From assembly GCA_903831265.1 (NCBI GenBank), contig CAIKXD010000276.1, forward strand, positions 21,998 through 85,997: a stretch of 64,000 nucleotides of DNA, read 5' to 3'. The stretch's first letter is position 1; each line of letters begins with the position of its first letter. Shown piece after piece: positions 18,886 through 29,034 of the stretch. The position numbers were made by a program, and so were the translations under genes. The notes under the pieces were generated by a model. It was given only the letters and a program-made list of their open reading frames with translations, had not been told where the DNA came from and did no database searches. The stretch comes from an uncultured Bacteroidota bacterium. Lineage in GTDB: Bacteria > Bacteroidota > Bacteroidia > UBA4408.

Positions 18886-18997
18886 AGCAGGTTGAGATTG
18901 AGCAGCGCGAATCCAAATTTCGAAATTAAACTTACTGCAATTTGAAGCCGAGCGAAGCGCTAACTTAAAAAACACGAAGCAAAGCTTCGCGTTTATG
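18886..18997 (+). pseudogene. Decayed second copy of the RAYT 3' end plus right REP
   Basis: 18894-18997 aligns to 16938-17043 with ~9 substitutions and one 2-bp gap by eye; the preceding AGCAGGTT matches the RAYT a further ~22 bp upstream (deletion). Confidence 0.88.
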
Positions 18998-19020
18998 GGG
19001 GTATTAAAAATTCATCGGAA

Positions 19021-19045
19021 GATTGCGGGTCGAGCCCGCAATGAC
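19021..19045. repeat. Second, unrelated REP-like palindrome
   Basis: GATTGCGGG-tcgag-CCCGCAATGAC; GC-rich hairpin in an AT-rich background, no U-tract. Confidence 0.65.
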
Positions 19046-19123
19046 GCTATTAGTGGCTAGCTTTACATAAAAAGTCTTTTGCTTAACCTAATAAGATTGG
19101 CTTCGTGCTTAAGCGGTTTACGA

Positions 19124-19163
19124 GATTTTTTATTGGTAAACATCAAACTCCATTCTGGCATTG
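19124..19163. repeat. Right direct repeat (overlaps the tsaD 3' end and stop)
   Basis: GATTTTTTATTGGTAAACATCAAACTCCATTCTGGCATTG. Confidence 0.92.
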
Positions 19164-20158
19164 GCCACCTGGGTTTGATTTCCAAATTTATTCATTTTAA
19201 ATTTTAAATAGCCCACCATGGCAATCATGGCTGCATTATCGGTACAATATTCGAAGGGTGGAATGTGGGCTTGTATGTTATTTTTTTGAGCCAATGTTTC
19301 GAATGCTTTTCGAAGTGCACTGTTTGCAGCAACACCACCAGCCAAGCCAATGTGTTTAACTTGGTGCTCCTGGGCTGCCTTTTCGAATTTATCAATCAAA
19401 ATTTTTACAATTCTAAATTGTATTGATGCACAAATATCAGCTAGATTGTTTGTTATAAATGCTGAGTCCTTCTGCTGTTCATTATTTATAAAATTTAAAA
19501 AGTTAGTTTTCAAACCGCTAAAACTAAAATTATAGCCTTCCATTTTTGGTGTAGGAAAATTATATTTTAAAGGATTTCCTATTGCTGCATATTTATCAAT
19601 TAAAGGTCCACCAGGATAGGGCAAGCCTATAATTTTAGCCGATTTATCGAAAGCTTCGCCCGCAGCATCATCAAGGGTTTCGCCAATGATGGTCATCTCA
19701 AAATAATCTTTCAATAAAACAATTTGTGTGTGCCCGCCAGATACCGTTAAACATAAAAAAGGAAATGTTGGAGGATTTACTAAATCAATAAAATGCGAAA
19801 GGATATGCCCTTGCATGTGATGTACATTTATTAATGGTTTATTGATTGCTAAAGCTAATCCCTTTGCAAATGAAGCGCCAACCAACAGCGAACCCAATAA
19901 GCCTGGACCTTGGGTATAAGCAATAGCATCTATTTCATTTAAACTTACTTTGGCCAAATTTAGTGCTTCTTGCATAACAGGAACAATATTTTGTTGATGC
20001 GCTCTAGAAGCCAATTCGGGAACTACACCACCATATTTTACATGAATTTGCTGTGTAGCCACAATATTGGCAAGGATTTTGCCATTGCGCAAAATAGCTA
20101 TAGAAGTATCATCACAAGATGATTCAATGGCTAAAATAAGTATTGATTGAGCATTCAT
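19130..20158 (-). CDS. tsaD: tRNA N6-threonylcarbamoyladenosine transferase subunit TsaD
   Basis: ILAIESSCDDT, YGGVVPELASRAH, GPGLLGSL, HHMQGH, VSGGHT, DDAAGEAFDK, YCTDNAAMIA. Confidence 0.97.
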   Translation of the reverse strand: MNAQSILILAIESSCDDTSIAILRNGKILANIVATQQIHVKYGGVVPELASRAHQQNIVPVMQEALNLAKVSLNEIDAIAYTQGPGLLGSLLVGASFAKGLALAINKPLINVHHMQGHILSHFIDLVNPPTFPFLCLTVSGGHTQIVLLKDYFEMTIIGETLDDAAGEAFDKSAKIIGLPYPGGPLIDKYAAIGNPLKYNFPTPKMEGYNFSFSGLKTNFLNFINNEQQKDSAFITNNLADICASIQFRIVKILIDKFEKAAQEHQVKHIGLAGGVAANSALRKAFETLAQKNNIQAHIPPFEYCTDNAAMIAMVGYLKFKMNKFGNQTQVANARMEFDVYQ

Positions 20159-20262
20159 TTCGATTGCAAAAGTGCAAACAATTATTGAATTTGCATTTAA
20201 TGGGAGTGCAAATAGGGAAAGCTTTGTGATATTGTTTATTTTTGGAACCTAAATAAGTAAGT

Positions 20263-23200
20263 TTGTTAAAGAAAATAAGAAAAATAAGTATCATCGTTAT
20301 CGTTAGTTTACTAGCAAGTAACTTATTGGCTTATGCATTACTAAGAACGCCTGCTGTTCAAACCTACCTTGTTGGCAAATTAACAAATTACCTTTCTCAG
20401 AAATTAAATACCGTAGCACGTATTGAAGGCGTTGATATCGAGTTTTTTTCTAAAATTGTTTTAGAGGGAATCTATATTGAAGATTTACATAAAGATACAC
20501 TCTTACATGCAGGAAAACTCAAGGTTGATATCAAAAAGATACTCATCGAAAAAAACATTATTAATCTAAAAGCAGTTACGCTTGAAGAATGTAGGGTAAA
20601 TTTAATTCAATATAAGAATGAGAAAGACCTCAACTTCCAGTTTATTGTAGATGCCTTTGATGATGGAGATACCACAACTAACAGAAATAAAAAACCATTA
20701 AAAATTTTCAGCAATGAATTAATTCTTAAGAATGTTGATTTCTCATATAACTACCAGGCCGATACAAGTTCTTTTGCTGGGGTAAATTTCGACCATATAC
20801 ATTTAAAAAAAGTGAATGGTACTTTTGAAAGCATAAAAATTATAAACGATACCATTAATGCAAATATTAAAAGCTTAAGCTTTAGAGATAAGAGTGGATT
20901 TCAGGTTTTTGAGATGTCAACTAATTTTAAGATTTCGCCTAAAGAAATGGTTTGTGATGAGCTCAAACTTGTAACCAACAAAAGTAAAGTTAAGGGTGAA
21001 TTGAAATTTGAAACTAATGAATGGGACGACTATAATGACTTTGAAGAAAAGGTATATATGCGTGGTAATTTTAAAGATACTAAGTTAAACTTTGGTGATA
21101 TTGCCTATTTTACAAGTGAGCTTGAAGGCATCAATAAATTTATAGTTTTTAGCGGAAAGATTAAGGGCACAGTTGCCAATTTAAGAGGCAATGAAATGGA
21201 TATTAATTTTGGCAAGAACTCGCATTTATTAGGCGATATTAAGATGACAGGTTTGCCCGATTTTGATGTTACATTTATACAACTTAAGCTCAAGGAATTT
21301 ACTACCACCACCGAAGATTTAGAAGGTGTTCCGCTGCCCCCATTTACTTCAAAAGAGCATATTGAATTGCCTCCCAACTTTTACAAACTTGGCATGATTA
21401 AGTTTAAAGGCGATTTTACTGGTTTTCAAAATGATTTTACAGCTTATGGCGATTTAGAAACCGATTTAGGCTCTGTGTCATTAGATATGGATTTGAAGCA
21501 AAATAAGAATGAGCTGCCAAAGTATAAAGGAAATTTAAAATCTAAAGACTTTAATATTGGCCAGTTTTATGGCATTGAAAATGTGCTTACCAAAGTAACA
21601 CTTGACATTGATATTGATGGCAAAGGTTTGGAAAATGAAACAGTTAATGCAACCGTTAAAGGTAAAGTAAACAATCTTATTTGCTTCGATTATAATTATA
21701 ACAATATGAGCATTGAGGGTAATTTTGCTAAAAACATATTTAGCGGAAAGCTCGAAGTAAATGATGTTAATCTTGCTTTAAAATATGATGGAGAAATTGA
21801 CTTTACCAATAAGTTGCCCATGTTTTATTTTCATACTGATATTGGTTATGCTAATCTTACAAAATTAAATATTATAAAATCAAGTTATGACCGTTGGATT
21901 AGTACTAGTGCAGATTTTAATTTTGAAGGCGATGATATAGATAACATTAAAGGATCGATTGTTTTAATGAACCTAATTTATAAAGACAGCTTAACTACTT
22001 TAAAATATAAAAAAATTGAGTTGACGGCATTAAATAATGGAGGCATTAAAGATTTAATTTTAAAATCAGATGCTGTTGATGCACGCATTTCGGGTAATTT
22101 TAAACTGCAAGAATTAGGGTCAGATTTTACCAATTTAATTGCACAGTATTTAACTTCTGCAGGCCTTAAAAACACCGCATCATTGAGTAAACAAAATTTT
22201 ACCTTTGAATTAACCACTAAAAATTCTGAAGGCATTTCTAATTTGTTAGTCCCCGAAATGATCATCAAACCTAATTCAAAACTGAATGGAAAGTTTAATA
22301 ATATTGACAATACTTTTAATTTAAGCGCTCAGCTGCCAGAAATAATTTTGTTTGATAAAAAAGTTTCTAAAGTAACTATCACAAGCAATTCTGGTTTAAA
22401 TAAATTAGGTCTTCAAATGACTTGCGATTATGTAGCCATAAGCGATAGTGGTTTAATTGAAAATATAGCATTAATTGCGGCTGCATCACAAGATTCTATT
22501 TTGTTTGGCTTTGATTTTAACAATAGAGGTAAAATTAAAAATGGAGCAGATTTAAACGGAAATATTATTTTTAAACCTGGCAATAATATCGATTTTTTTC
22601 TCACGAAATCGAATATTACGGTAGAAGATTCGCTTTGGGCTTTTGCCGAAAATAGCAAATTACATATTGATTCTTTGCATACCGATTTTGAAAATTTTTC
22701 AATAAGTCATAATAAGCAATCGCTCACCCTGGGAAGCCGACAAACCGCAGGAAATGAAAATGAAATAACCATCAATTTACACGATTTTACGCTTTCGAAT
22801 TTAAATCCATTTATTACTTCTTCTGATATTGTACTTAGCGGATTACTTAATGGAAATGCCTCCTTTTCGGGATTTGGCAAAAATATTATTTTTTCAACTT
22901 CCTTAGGCTTTGTAGATTTTAATGTTAACAATGAAAGTATAGGCGATGGTAACATTATCTCCTTATGGGATAGTAAAAAAGAATCTATAGGATTAAATGG
23001 TAATTTTATGCGAGGCACTTTACCTACTATTGGTTTTACAGGCTTTTATTATCCTAATAAAAAAGAAAATAGTTTGGATATAGAATTACAGTTAAAGAAA
23101 ACACCTTTAAAATTATTTGAGCGATTTTTGGTTGGTGTAATGAGCGATTTAAAAGGCTACGCAAGCGGTGATTTATTCTTACAAGGATCATTAAAAAACC

Positions 23201-24705
23201 CTTTACTAACAGGCGATATAGAAGTACAACGGGGCGGATTTAAGGTTGATTATTTAAACACCTCTTACACTTTTAATGGCAAAGCTAAGTTTGTAAAAAA
23301 TGACATCATTCTTCAAGACATTGTGTTGTTTGATCAATTTGGGAAAGAAGCAAAGGTAAGTGGCAATATGCCCCATGATTATTTTAGTGATATTAAATTA
23401 AATATTAGTATCAATATCAATCGTTTTTTTGTTTTAAATACAACCGAAGCATTAAACTCTTCATACTTTGGAAAGGCTTATGCAACAGGCTTAATCAACT
23501 TTAGGGGCGACTTAAATAAACTAATTATTGATGTTGATGCCAAAACAGAACCAGGCACGCAATTTAACATTCCATTATCAACACCAGAAGAAGTGAGCGA
23601 GAGTGGTTTTATAAGATTTGTGTCAAAAGACCCAAATACTGTGTTAGTAAAAGAACGATATAAAGTTGACTTTAATGGCATTCAAATGAGTTTAAATCTT
23701 GAAGTTACTCCAAGTGCCGAGGTGTTATTAATTTTTGATCGTAAAATTGGCGATATCATAACAGGAACAGGCAGTGGAAATATAAAAATGGATATTAGTC
23801 CTTTGGGTAACTTTACGATGTATGGCAATTATATTATCTCAAAAGGAAGTTATTTATTTACATTAAAAAACGTAATTAATAAAAAGTTTAAAATTACCGA
23901 AGGTGGCACCATTAATTGGAATGGCGACCCATTTGAAGCAGATATTAATTTAGATGCAGTGTATAAATTAAGAACATCGTTGAATGAGATTTTACCATCA
24001 GATAGCAGCAAAAGAAGAGTTCCAGTTGACTGTGTAATAAAAATGACCGATAAATTAATGAATCCAACCATTAAGTTTGATATTAAGCTCCCACAATCCG
24101 ATGAAAGAATTCAAAATGATGTGCGGGCGGCTATCAATACCGATAATGAATCAGAGTTAAACAAACAAATGTTTTCTTTACTTATGCTCGGTCGTTTTTT
24201 TCCGCCCAATGAAACAGTATCTTCAAGCAGCTTGGGGCTTTCGCAAAACACCTCTGAATTACTTTCATCGCAGCTTAGCAATATGCTATCGCAAAGTAAT
24301 GAATATGTAACATTAGGTGTAAATGTGCGCGCTGGAGATCAAACAGCCTCCAATGAGTGGCAAGCAAGTATGAGTACGCAATTGTTTCAACAACGCTTGA
24401 GTATTGATGGAAACGTGGGTGTAGCTAATAACCCAGCAAGTGCAAGTAACTTGGTTGGCGATATGAGCGTAGAGTATAAAGTAACCACTGATGGTAAGTT
24501 AAGACTGCGTGCATTTACACAAAGTAATGATTATACAAACCTAACCACTATTGCACCTTATACCCAAGGAGTAGGTGTATTTTACCGCGAGGATTTTGAA
24601 ACCTTTAGTGAGCTTTTTAAAAACTATAGCAATAAACTATTGTTTTTCAGAAAAGATAAGTTAACACCTGATGATGTTTCGCCAGAAGAAAAAATTAATA
24701 ATTAA
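20263..24705 (+). CDS. tamB: Translocation/assembly module TamB (AsmA-like) protein
   Basis: 1480 aa, N-terminal TM anchor, PAVQT motif, beta-taco-like body, C-terminal DUF490-like GTINWNGDP..A.INL.A.Y and QGVGVFYREDF. Confidence 0.85.
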   Translation: MLKKIRKISIIVIVSLLASNLLAYALLRTPAVQTYLVGKLTNYLSQKLNTVARIEGVDIEFFSKIVLEGIYIEDLHKDTLLHAGKLKVDIKKILIEKNIINLKAVTLEECRVNLIQYKNEKDLNFQFIVDAFDDGDTTTNRNKKPLKIFSNELILKNVDFSYNYQADTSSFAGVNFDHIHLKKVNGTFESIKIINDTINANIKSLSFRDKSGFQVFEMSTNFKISPKEMVCDELKLVTNKSKVKGELKFETNEWDDYNDFEEKVYMRGNFKDTKLNFGDIAYFTSELEGINKFIVFSGKIKGTVANLRGNEMDINFGKNSHLLGDIKMTGLPDFDVTFIQLKLKEFTTTTEDLEGVPLPPFTSKEHIELPPNFYKLGMIKFKGDFTGFQNDFTAYGDLETDLGSVSLDMDLKQNKNELPKYKGNLKSKDFNIGQFYGIENVLTKVTLDIDIDGKGLENETVNATVKGKVNNLICFDYNYNNMSIEGNFAKNIFSGKLEVNDVNLALKYDGEIDFTNKLPMFYFHTDIGYANLTKLNIIKSSYDRWISTSADFNFEGDDIDNIKGSIVLMNLIYKDSLTTLKYKKIELTALNNGGIKDLILKSDAVDARISGNFKLQELGSDFTNLIAQYLTSAGLKNTASLSKQNFTFELTTKNSEGISNLLVPEMIIKPNSKLNGKFNNIDNTFNLSAQLPEIILFDKKVSKVTITSNSGLNKLGLQMTCDYVAISDSGLIENIALIAAASQDSILFGFDFNNRGKIKNGADLNGNIIFKPGNNIDFFLTKSNITVEDSLWAFAENSKLHIDSLHTDFENFSISHNKQSLTLGSRQTAGNENEITINLHDFTLSNLNPFITSSDIVLSGLLNGNASFSGFGKNIIFSTSLGFVDFNVNNESIGDGNIISLWDSKKESIGLNGNFMRGTLPTIGFTGFYYPNKKENSLDIELQLKKTPLKLFERFLVGVMSDLKGYASGDLFLQGSLKNPLLTGDIEVQRGGFKVDYLNTSYTFNGKAKFVKNDIILQDIVLFDQFGKEAKVSGNMPHDYFSDIKLNISININRFFVLNTTEALNSSYFGKAYATGLINFRGDLNKLIIDVDAKTEPGTQFNIPLSTPEEVSESGFIRFVSKDPNTVLVKERYKVDFNGIQMSLNLEVTPSAEVLLIFDRKIGDIITGTGSGNIKMDISPLGNFTMYGNYIISKGSYLFTLKNVINKKFKITEGGTINWNGDPFEADINLDAVYKLRTSLNEILPSDSSKRRVPVDCVIKMTDKLMNPTIKFDIKLPQSDERIQNDVRAAINTDNESELNKQMFSLLMLGRFFPPNETVSSSSLGLSQNTSELLSSQLSNMLSQSNEYVTLGVNVRAGDQTASNEWQASMSTQLFQQRLSIDGNVGVANNPASASNLVGDMSVEYKVTTDGKLRLRAFTQSNDYTNLTTIAPYTQGVGVFYREDFETFSELFKNYSNKLLFFRKDKLTPDDVSPEEKINN

Positions 24706-26093
24706 TCCTTTACGTAAACTCTGTATTCCCAAGGCTTTAATTTTAACTCGTCTTCAATTTTAAGCGTTCCTTTTTTATCGGTAAACAGTTCAGTATAACT
24801 TGGAGCAAAAAGATATCTATCAAATTTAACCGTGGCTTCTTTGTTTGATAAATTAAGAATTACCACCACTTCATCTTTTCCCTTTCTTCTGTAATATGAA
24901 TACACTTGATCGGGATTATTGTTCATAATCTTAGCAAATGAACCACCCGACTCTGAATGCAATAAAGCATTGTTTCTTCTTTTTAGCGATAGCAATCTTG
25001 TATAAAAATCGGCATTTGAATAATTGCCCCAAACAATAGGATCTTTTTCAAAAAACTTAAGTCTTTTATCTAGGCCAGCCTCTTGTCCACTATACAGCAA
25101 AGGCATTCCGTTGAGTGTAGCACATAAAACATAAAATGCTTTAGCGCCCTCTCCAAACATTTCTTTTTCTGTGCCATTCCAGGAATTTTCGTCATGATTT
25201 GTTGTAAAATACATTCTAATCGCTTTGGTCGAATAGTTGAATTTATCTTCTCCTAAATAGTCGTCAATGGCTCTTGCCGGATATTCTCCTTTAGCTACTT
25301 TTCTAAAAATGCTAAAACCTTTCCAAGTGTAGGTCATGTTAAATGCAGCATGCAACTCAGGTTTTTCGCCCTCGGCCAACATAAATAATTTGGGGTTAAC
25401 AGCAGCTAATTCTTTTTGCGTTTCTACCCAAAAATCGGTAGGCACCATTTCGGCCACATCGCATCTAAATCCATCAATTTTAGTTTCGGTTAACCAAAAT
25501 TTCATGGCATCAATCATAGCAGCGCGCAAGGCTTTGTTATCGTAATTTAAATCAATCACATCGCTCCAATCGGGCACAGGCGGTACAAACTTTCCATCGG
25601 CTCCCTTGGTATAAAAATCTGGATTAGTTAAAGTCCAATTATGATCAGGTGCAGTATGATTTCCAACCCAATCAATAATAACATGCATACCAATGGAGTG
25701 CGCGTAATTTACCATGTGCTTAAAATCGTCCATAGTACCAAATTCTTCGCTAACAGCTTTGTAATCTTTAACGGCATAATAGCTCCCTAATGTTCCTTTA
25801 CGCTCCTTCACTCCTATTGGATGAATAGGCATAAACCAGAGTATATCAACACCCATTGATTTTAAGCGCGGAATTTCTTTTTCGAAAGATTTGAAACTTG
25901 AATTTTTGGCGTATTGTCTAAGATTTACCTCGTATATTGTACTGTTAATTGACCATAGTGGCTGATTTATAAAAATTTTATCTACTGATTTTTTTAATTC
26001 TTCCATCTTATTTTCTACTTGTGCAATACCTGATGAAAATAAGCCCAAGCCCATAAAGGCGGTTACTAAAATTTGTTTTGAATATTGTTTCAT
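24702..26093 (-). CDS. Alpha-amylase family glycoside hydrolase (GH13)
   Basis: IYEVNLRQY, LWFMPIHP, DWVGNH, DGFRCDVA, MLAEGE, TNHDENSW. Confidence 0.93.
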   Translation of the reverse strand: MKQYSKQILVTAFMGLGLFSSGIAQVENKMEELKKSVDKIFINQPLWSINSTIYEVNLRQYAKNSSFKSFEKEIPRLKSMGVDILWFMPIHPIGVKERKGTLGSYYAVKDYKAVSEEFGTMDDFKHMVNYAHSIGMHVIIDWVGNHTAPDHNWTLTNPDFYTKGADGKFVPPVPDWSDVIDLNYDNKALRAAMIDAMKFWLTETKIDGFRCDVAEMVPTDFWVETQKELAAVNPKLFMLAEGEKPELHAAFNMTYTWKGFSIFRKVAKGEYPARAIDDYLGEDKFNYSTKAIRMYFTTNHDENSWNGTEKEMFGEGAKAFYVLCATLNGMPLLYSGQEAGLDKRLKFFEKDPIVWGNYSNADFYTRLLSLKRRNNALLHSESGGSFAKIMNNNPDQVYSYYRRKGKDEVVVILNLSNKEATVKFDRYLFAPSYTELFTDKKGTLKIEDELKLKPWEYRVYVKD

Positions 26094-26611
26094 AGTAAAT
26101 TTATTATTTAAAATTCGATCACTTTTTTACTTATTTTAATCTTTAAAAGGAGCAACTCATTTGGTCTTGTTCTTTTATTTTACTTCAAAACTTTGTTGTT
26201 TAACTTATAAAGCTTTCGCACAAATTTAAAATATTCATTTTGCAATTTTATAAATACATTCTTAATTTCTAATTTATATTAAAAATAGCCCCAACTTGCG
26301 GTCATTTTTACAAATTTACTTGCTGCAACACACACTATATTTATTTCTACTGTCAATTTAGCATCGTTTTAATACCTGCATAAATTAAAGCAACTTTTAA
26401 CCCAAATTCCTCCTCAGCAAGCTAATCAACTTTATTTTACCTCAATCTTAAGTACTTACTCCAATTTTGAATTTCAGAACAGCGCGCTTATTCTTTAATT
26501 GAAAAGAGTTAGTGCGTATTTCATATTATTGCTAAATTTTGTTCACCAAAAATTCCTACTGCGTAACATGTTTAAAATTTCCCTCTGCTTTATTGCCGCA
26601 ATTCATTTTTA

Positions 26612-29005
26612 CTATTTTGTTGTGATAATCTCAAATGAATGTGGTGGCAGCTCAATCAACAGTTCATTATTTTGTATGCTAAACTTGCCGTTAAAATGTT
26701 TTTTTAAACTTGCCGAGGAGTATGCTTTAGGTAAGTTTACTTTAAATTTTATTGATTTATTATCTTTATTAAAAAACACCAGCGCAGCGCTATCAAAATA
26801 ATACCTGGCATAAGCCATTATTTTATCACCTACCTTCAACAAATCGTAATCGCCATAAATTAAAGCCATATTATTTTTACGAAGATTAAAAAGTTGTTTT
26901 GTGATGGCTAGTTGATTGGCTTCATCAGTAGGCAAATTACCAAACTTCATCATGCGTCTATTGTCAGGGTCACCAGCACCAGGCATGCCAATTTCATCGC
27001 CATAATAAATTACTGGAACTCCAGGAATTGTTGCAATGTAAGCCATCAACTGCGCTAGCTTTTTATAACCAACTTTGTTTTTTACAATAATATTTCTTTT
27101 CCAACCTAATTCTTTATCATCATCACTAAATTTTAAATCTTCGCCCGCATAAGAAATAAAACGTGCTATATCATGATTACCAGAGATGTTGCCCATTAGT
27201 GAATGCCAGCCATAATAATTAAAAGATTCATTCAAAGATTCGCTTAGCTTGGTAAAAGGTTCACGGTCGTTTACAAAAACACTGCGCGCATCAAAATACA
27301 AGTTAAAATCGAATTGTGCATTCTGTTGCCCACTGCTCACATAGCTTCCTATCAACTCTCTACTGCCAAAAGTTTCACCAATTTGATAAGGAACAGGAAC
27401 CTTATTTTTTTGCGCATACAATTTTATTTTCATGGTTAATGCTCTCCAAAAATCTTCACTCACATGTTTTGTAGCATCATGTCTAAAGCCATCAATACCA
27501 TACTTTTCTAACCAATACATAGCCGAATCGCTCATGGCTTCAATTACCTCTGGATTTGTATAATCCAAATCTGGCAAAAATGTATCAAACCAGGTTGTTA
27601 ATCTTTCTTCATCCCAAAGTCTAATATTTTTTCGTCCATCGGGCAGGTCAATTGGAGTTGTCCAATTTTTATGTTTAATATACACAGGATGTTTTTCGTG
27701 TATGTGATTTGAAACATAGTCCAATAAAATGTTCATATTTTTATGATGAGCATGCGCAATAGTAGATTTCAAGAGCTTTTCATCGCCAAATCTAAAATCA
27801 ACTTTGGTACTCGAAATTGGCCAATAACCGTGGTAACCGCTATATTTTCTATGTGGAGCAGGATACTCAACATAAGCCTCATAAGGATTTTGAACTATGG
27901 GCGACATCCAAATGGTATTAACACCCAATTTAGTAAAATAATTATTTTGAATATTTTCATCAATACCAGCAATATCGCCCCCCATATAATTGGCCTTAGA
28001 CAATACTGCGGTATCTTTAATTGGAAAATTATTTTTAGGATTACCGTCTTTAAAACGGTCAACCATCATAAAGTAAATAATCATTGCGGCCTTATCAAAA
28101 CGTTTAAGATCGGCAGTTTGCTTTACTACATTGCCGTTTTTTAACGGAATCATAATATCATTAGATGCACCTTCTTTATTGTAGCTATAAACTCTAATAC
28201 AAGATTTTGAGCTGCTAGCAGCTGCATCTGGAATTCTAATTTCTAAAATACCATTGTCGAAATTGGTAAATTGTTTTGTTAAATCATAATTATCCCATAA
28301 AACAAAAAACTTTTCTGGCTTGTTGATCGCTTCAATTCTAATCAAATTGCCATTTCCCCATTTTGTAAATAGTTTTGGCGATTTTTCTGAAGTAATATTT
28401 CCAATACTTATCAATGAATTTACACCTCCCATATTATTGTCAACTTTGTTGGGATTAATAGGATCAAGCATCCATTTATCATCAACAACCAATTGGTAAG
28501 CATATTTTCCTGGACTCAATGTTAACTTACAACTAAAAACATTTCCATCAAAGGTTAAGGCTGTATTGTTGGGTGTCCAACCATTAAAATCGCCAGCCAA
28601 TTGCACTTTTTTTGGCGCAGCACCAAGCGCAATGTACTTAAACTCATGAATAATTTTTTGCGACCGTTTTAAAACAATTGAATATTCAAAATTACCAGTG
28701 TAAAGTTTTAAATAAAACAGTGGTGGAAGTTGGGTCCCATTTTCGGTTAATGTAATTATTTTTTTATCTGCCGATAGCTTGGCATTTAAATAGGGTTTTG
28801 CCGATAAAGAATCTAATCTTTGTTCATCTATTAAAATATCATTTGTAATAATTTGTGTTTCTTGCGGTTGCAAATTGATTGGCAATACATGATCTAAAAT
28901 AAGATCTGTGTTATGCACCTTTAAATGCCCTTTACTATTGCACGAAGAAATAAATCCTACCGCAATAACGATTGCAAATACTAATACACTTTTAATTATC
29001 CACAT
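26612..29005 (-). CDS. GH13 alpha-amylase/neopullulanase-like lipoprotein with CBM48-like domain
   Basis: Lipobox-like ISSC; VQLAGDFNGW...Y.LVVDDKW..DP (CBM48); MVDRFKDG, YHGYWP, DYVSNH, DGFRHDA, GNHD, YYGDEIG, DPDNRR. Confidence 0.9.
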   Translation of the reverse strand: MWIIKSVLVFAIVIAVGFISSCNSKGHLKVHNTDLILDHVLPINLQPQETQIITNDILIDEQRLDSLSAKPYLNAKLSADKKIITLTENGTQLPPLFYLKLYTGNFEYSIVLKRSQKIIHEFKYIALGAAPKKVQLAGDFNGWTPNNTALTFDGNVFSCKLTLSPGKYAYQLVVDDKWMLDPINPNKVDNNMGGVNSLISIGNITSEKSPKLFTKWGNGNLIRIEAINKPEKFFVLWDNYDLTKQFTNFDNGILEIRIPDAAASSSKSCIRVYSYNKEGASNDIMIPLKNGNVVKQTADLKRFDKAAMIIYFMMVDRFKDGNPKNNFPIKDTAVLSKANYMGGDIAGIDENIQNNYFTKLGVNTIWMSPIVQNPYEAYVEYPAPHRKYSGYHGYWPISSTKVDFRFGDEKLLKSTIAHAHHKNMNILLDYVSNHIHEKHPVYIKHKNWTTPIDLPDGRKNIRLWDEERLTTWFDTFLPDLDYTNPEVIEAMSDSAMYWLEKYGIDGFRHDATKHVSEDFWRALTMKIKLYAQKNKVPVPYQIGETFGSRELIGSYVSSGQQNAQFDFNLYFDARSVFVNDREPFTKLSESLNESFNYYGWHSLMGNISGNHDIARFISYAGEDLKFSDDDKELGWKRNIIVKNKVGYKKLAQLMAYIATIPGVPVIYYGDEIGMPGAGDPDNRRMMKFGNLPTDEANQLAITKQLFNLRKNNMALIYGDYDLLKVGDKIMAYARYYFDSAALVFFNKDNKSIKFKVNLPKAYSSASLKKHFNGKFSIQNNELLIELPPHSFEIITTK

Positions 29006-29034
29006 AAAAAACTTATTATGTTACAAAAATAGCA

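Larger units (their letters stand above)
16067..19163. mobile_element. RAYT/REP-associated genomic islet inserted at the 3' end of tsaD
   Basis: Bounded by a 40-bp direct repeat (16067-16106 and 19124-19163); contains a RAYT, REPs, a structured RNA, a LamG cargo gene and a decayed RAYT end. Confidence 0.75.

Noticed and set aside
21105-24071. Multiple antisense ORFs within tamB, and similar ones within GH20, GH13, GH31, the amidohydrolases, ppk1 and yajQ
   Set aside because: Shadow ORFs opposite long genes with no protein-like motifs
26499-26801. 100-aa ORF on the + strand
   Set aside because: Overlaps the GH13 3' end antisense, starts with TTG and has no motif
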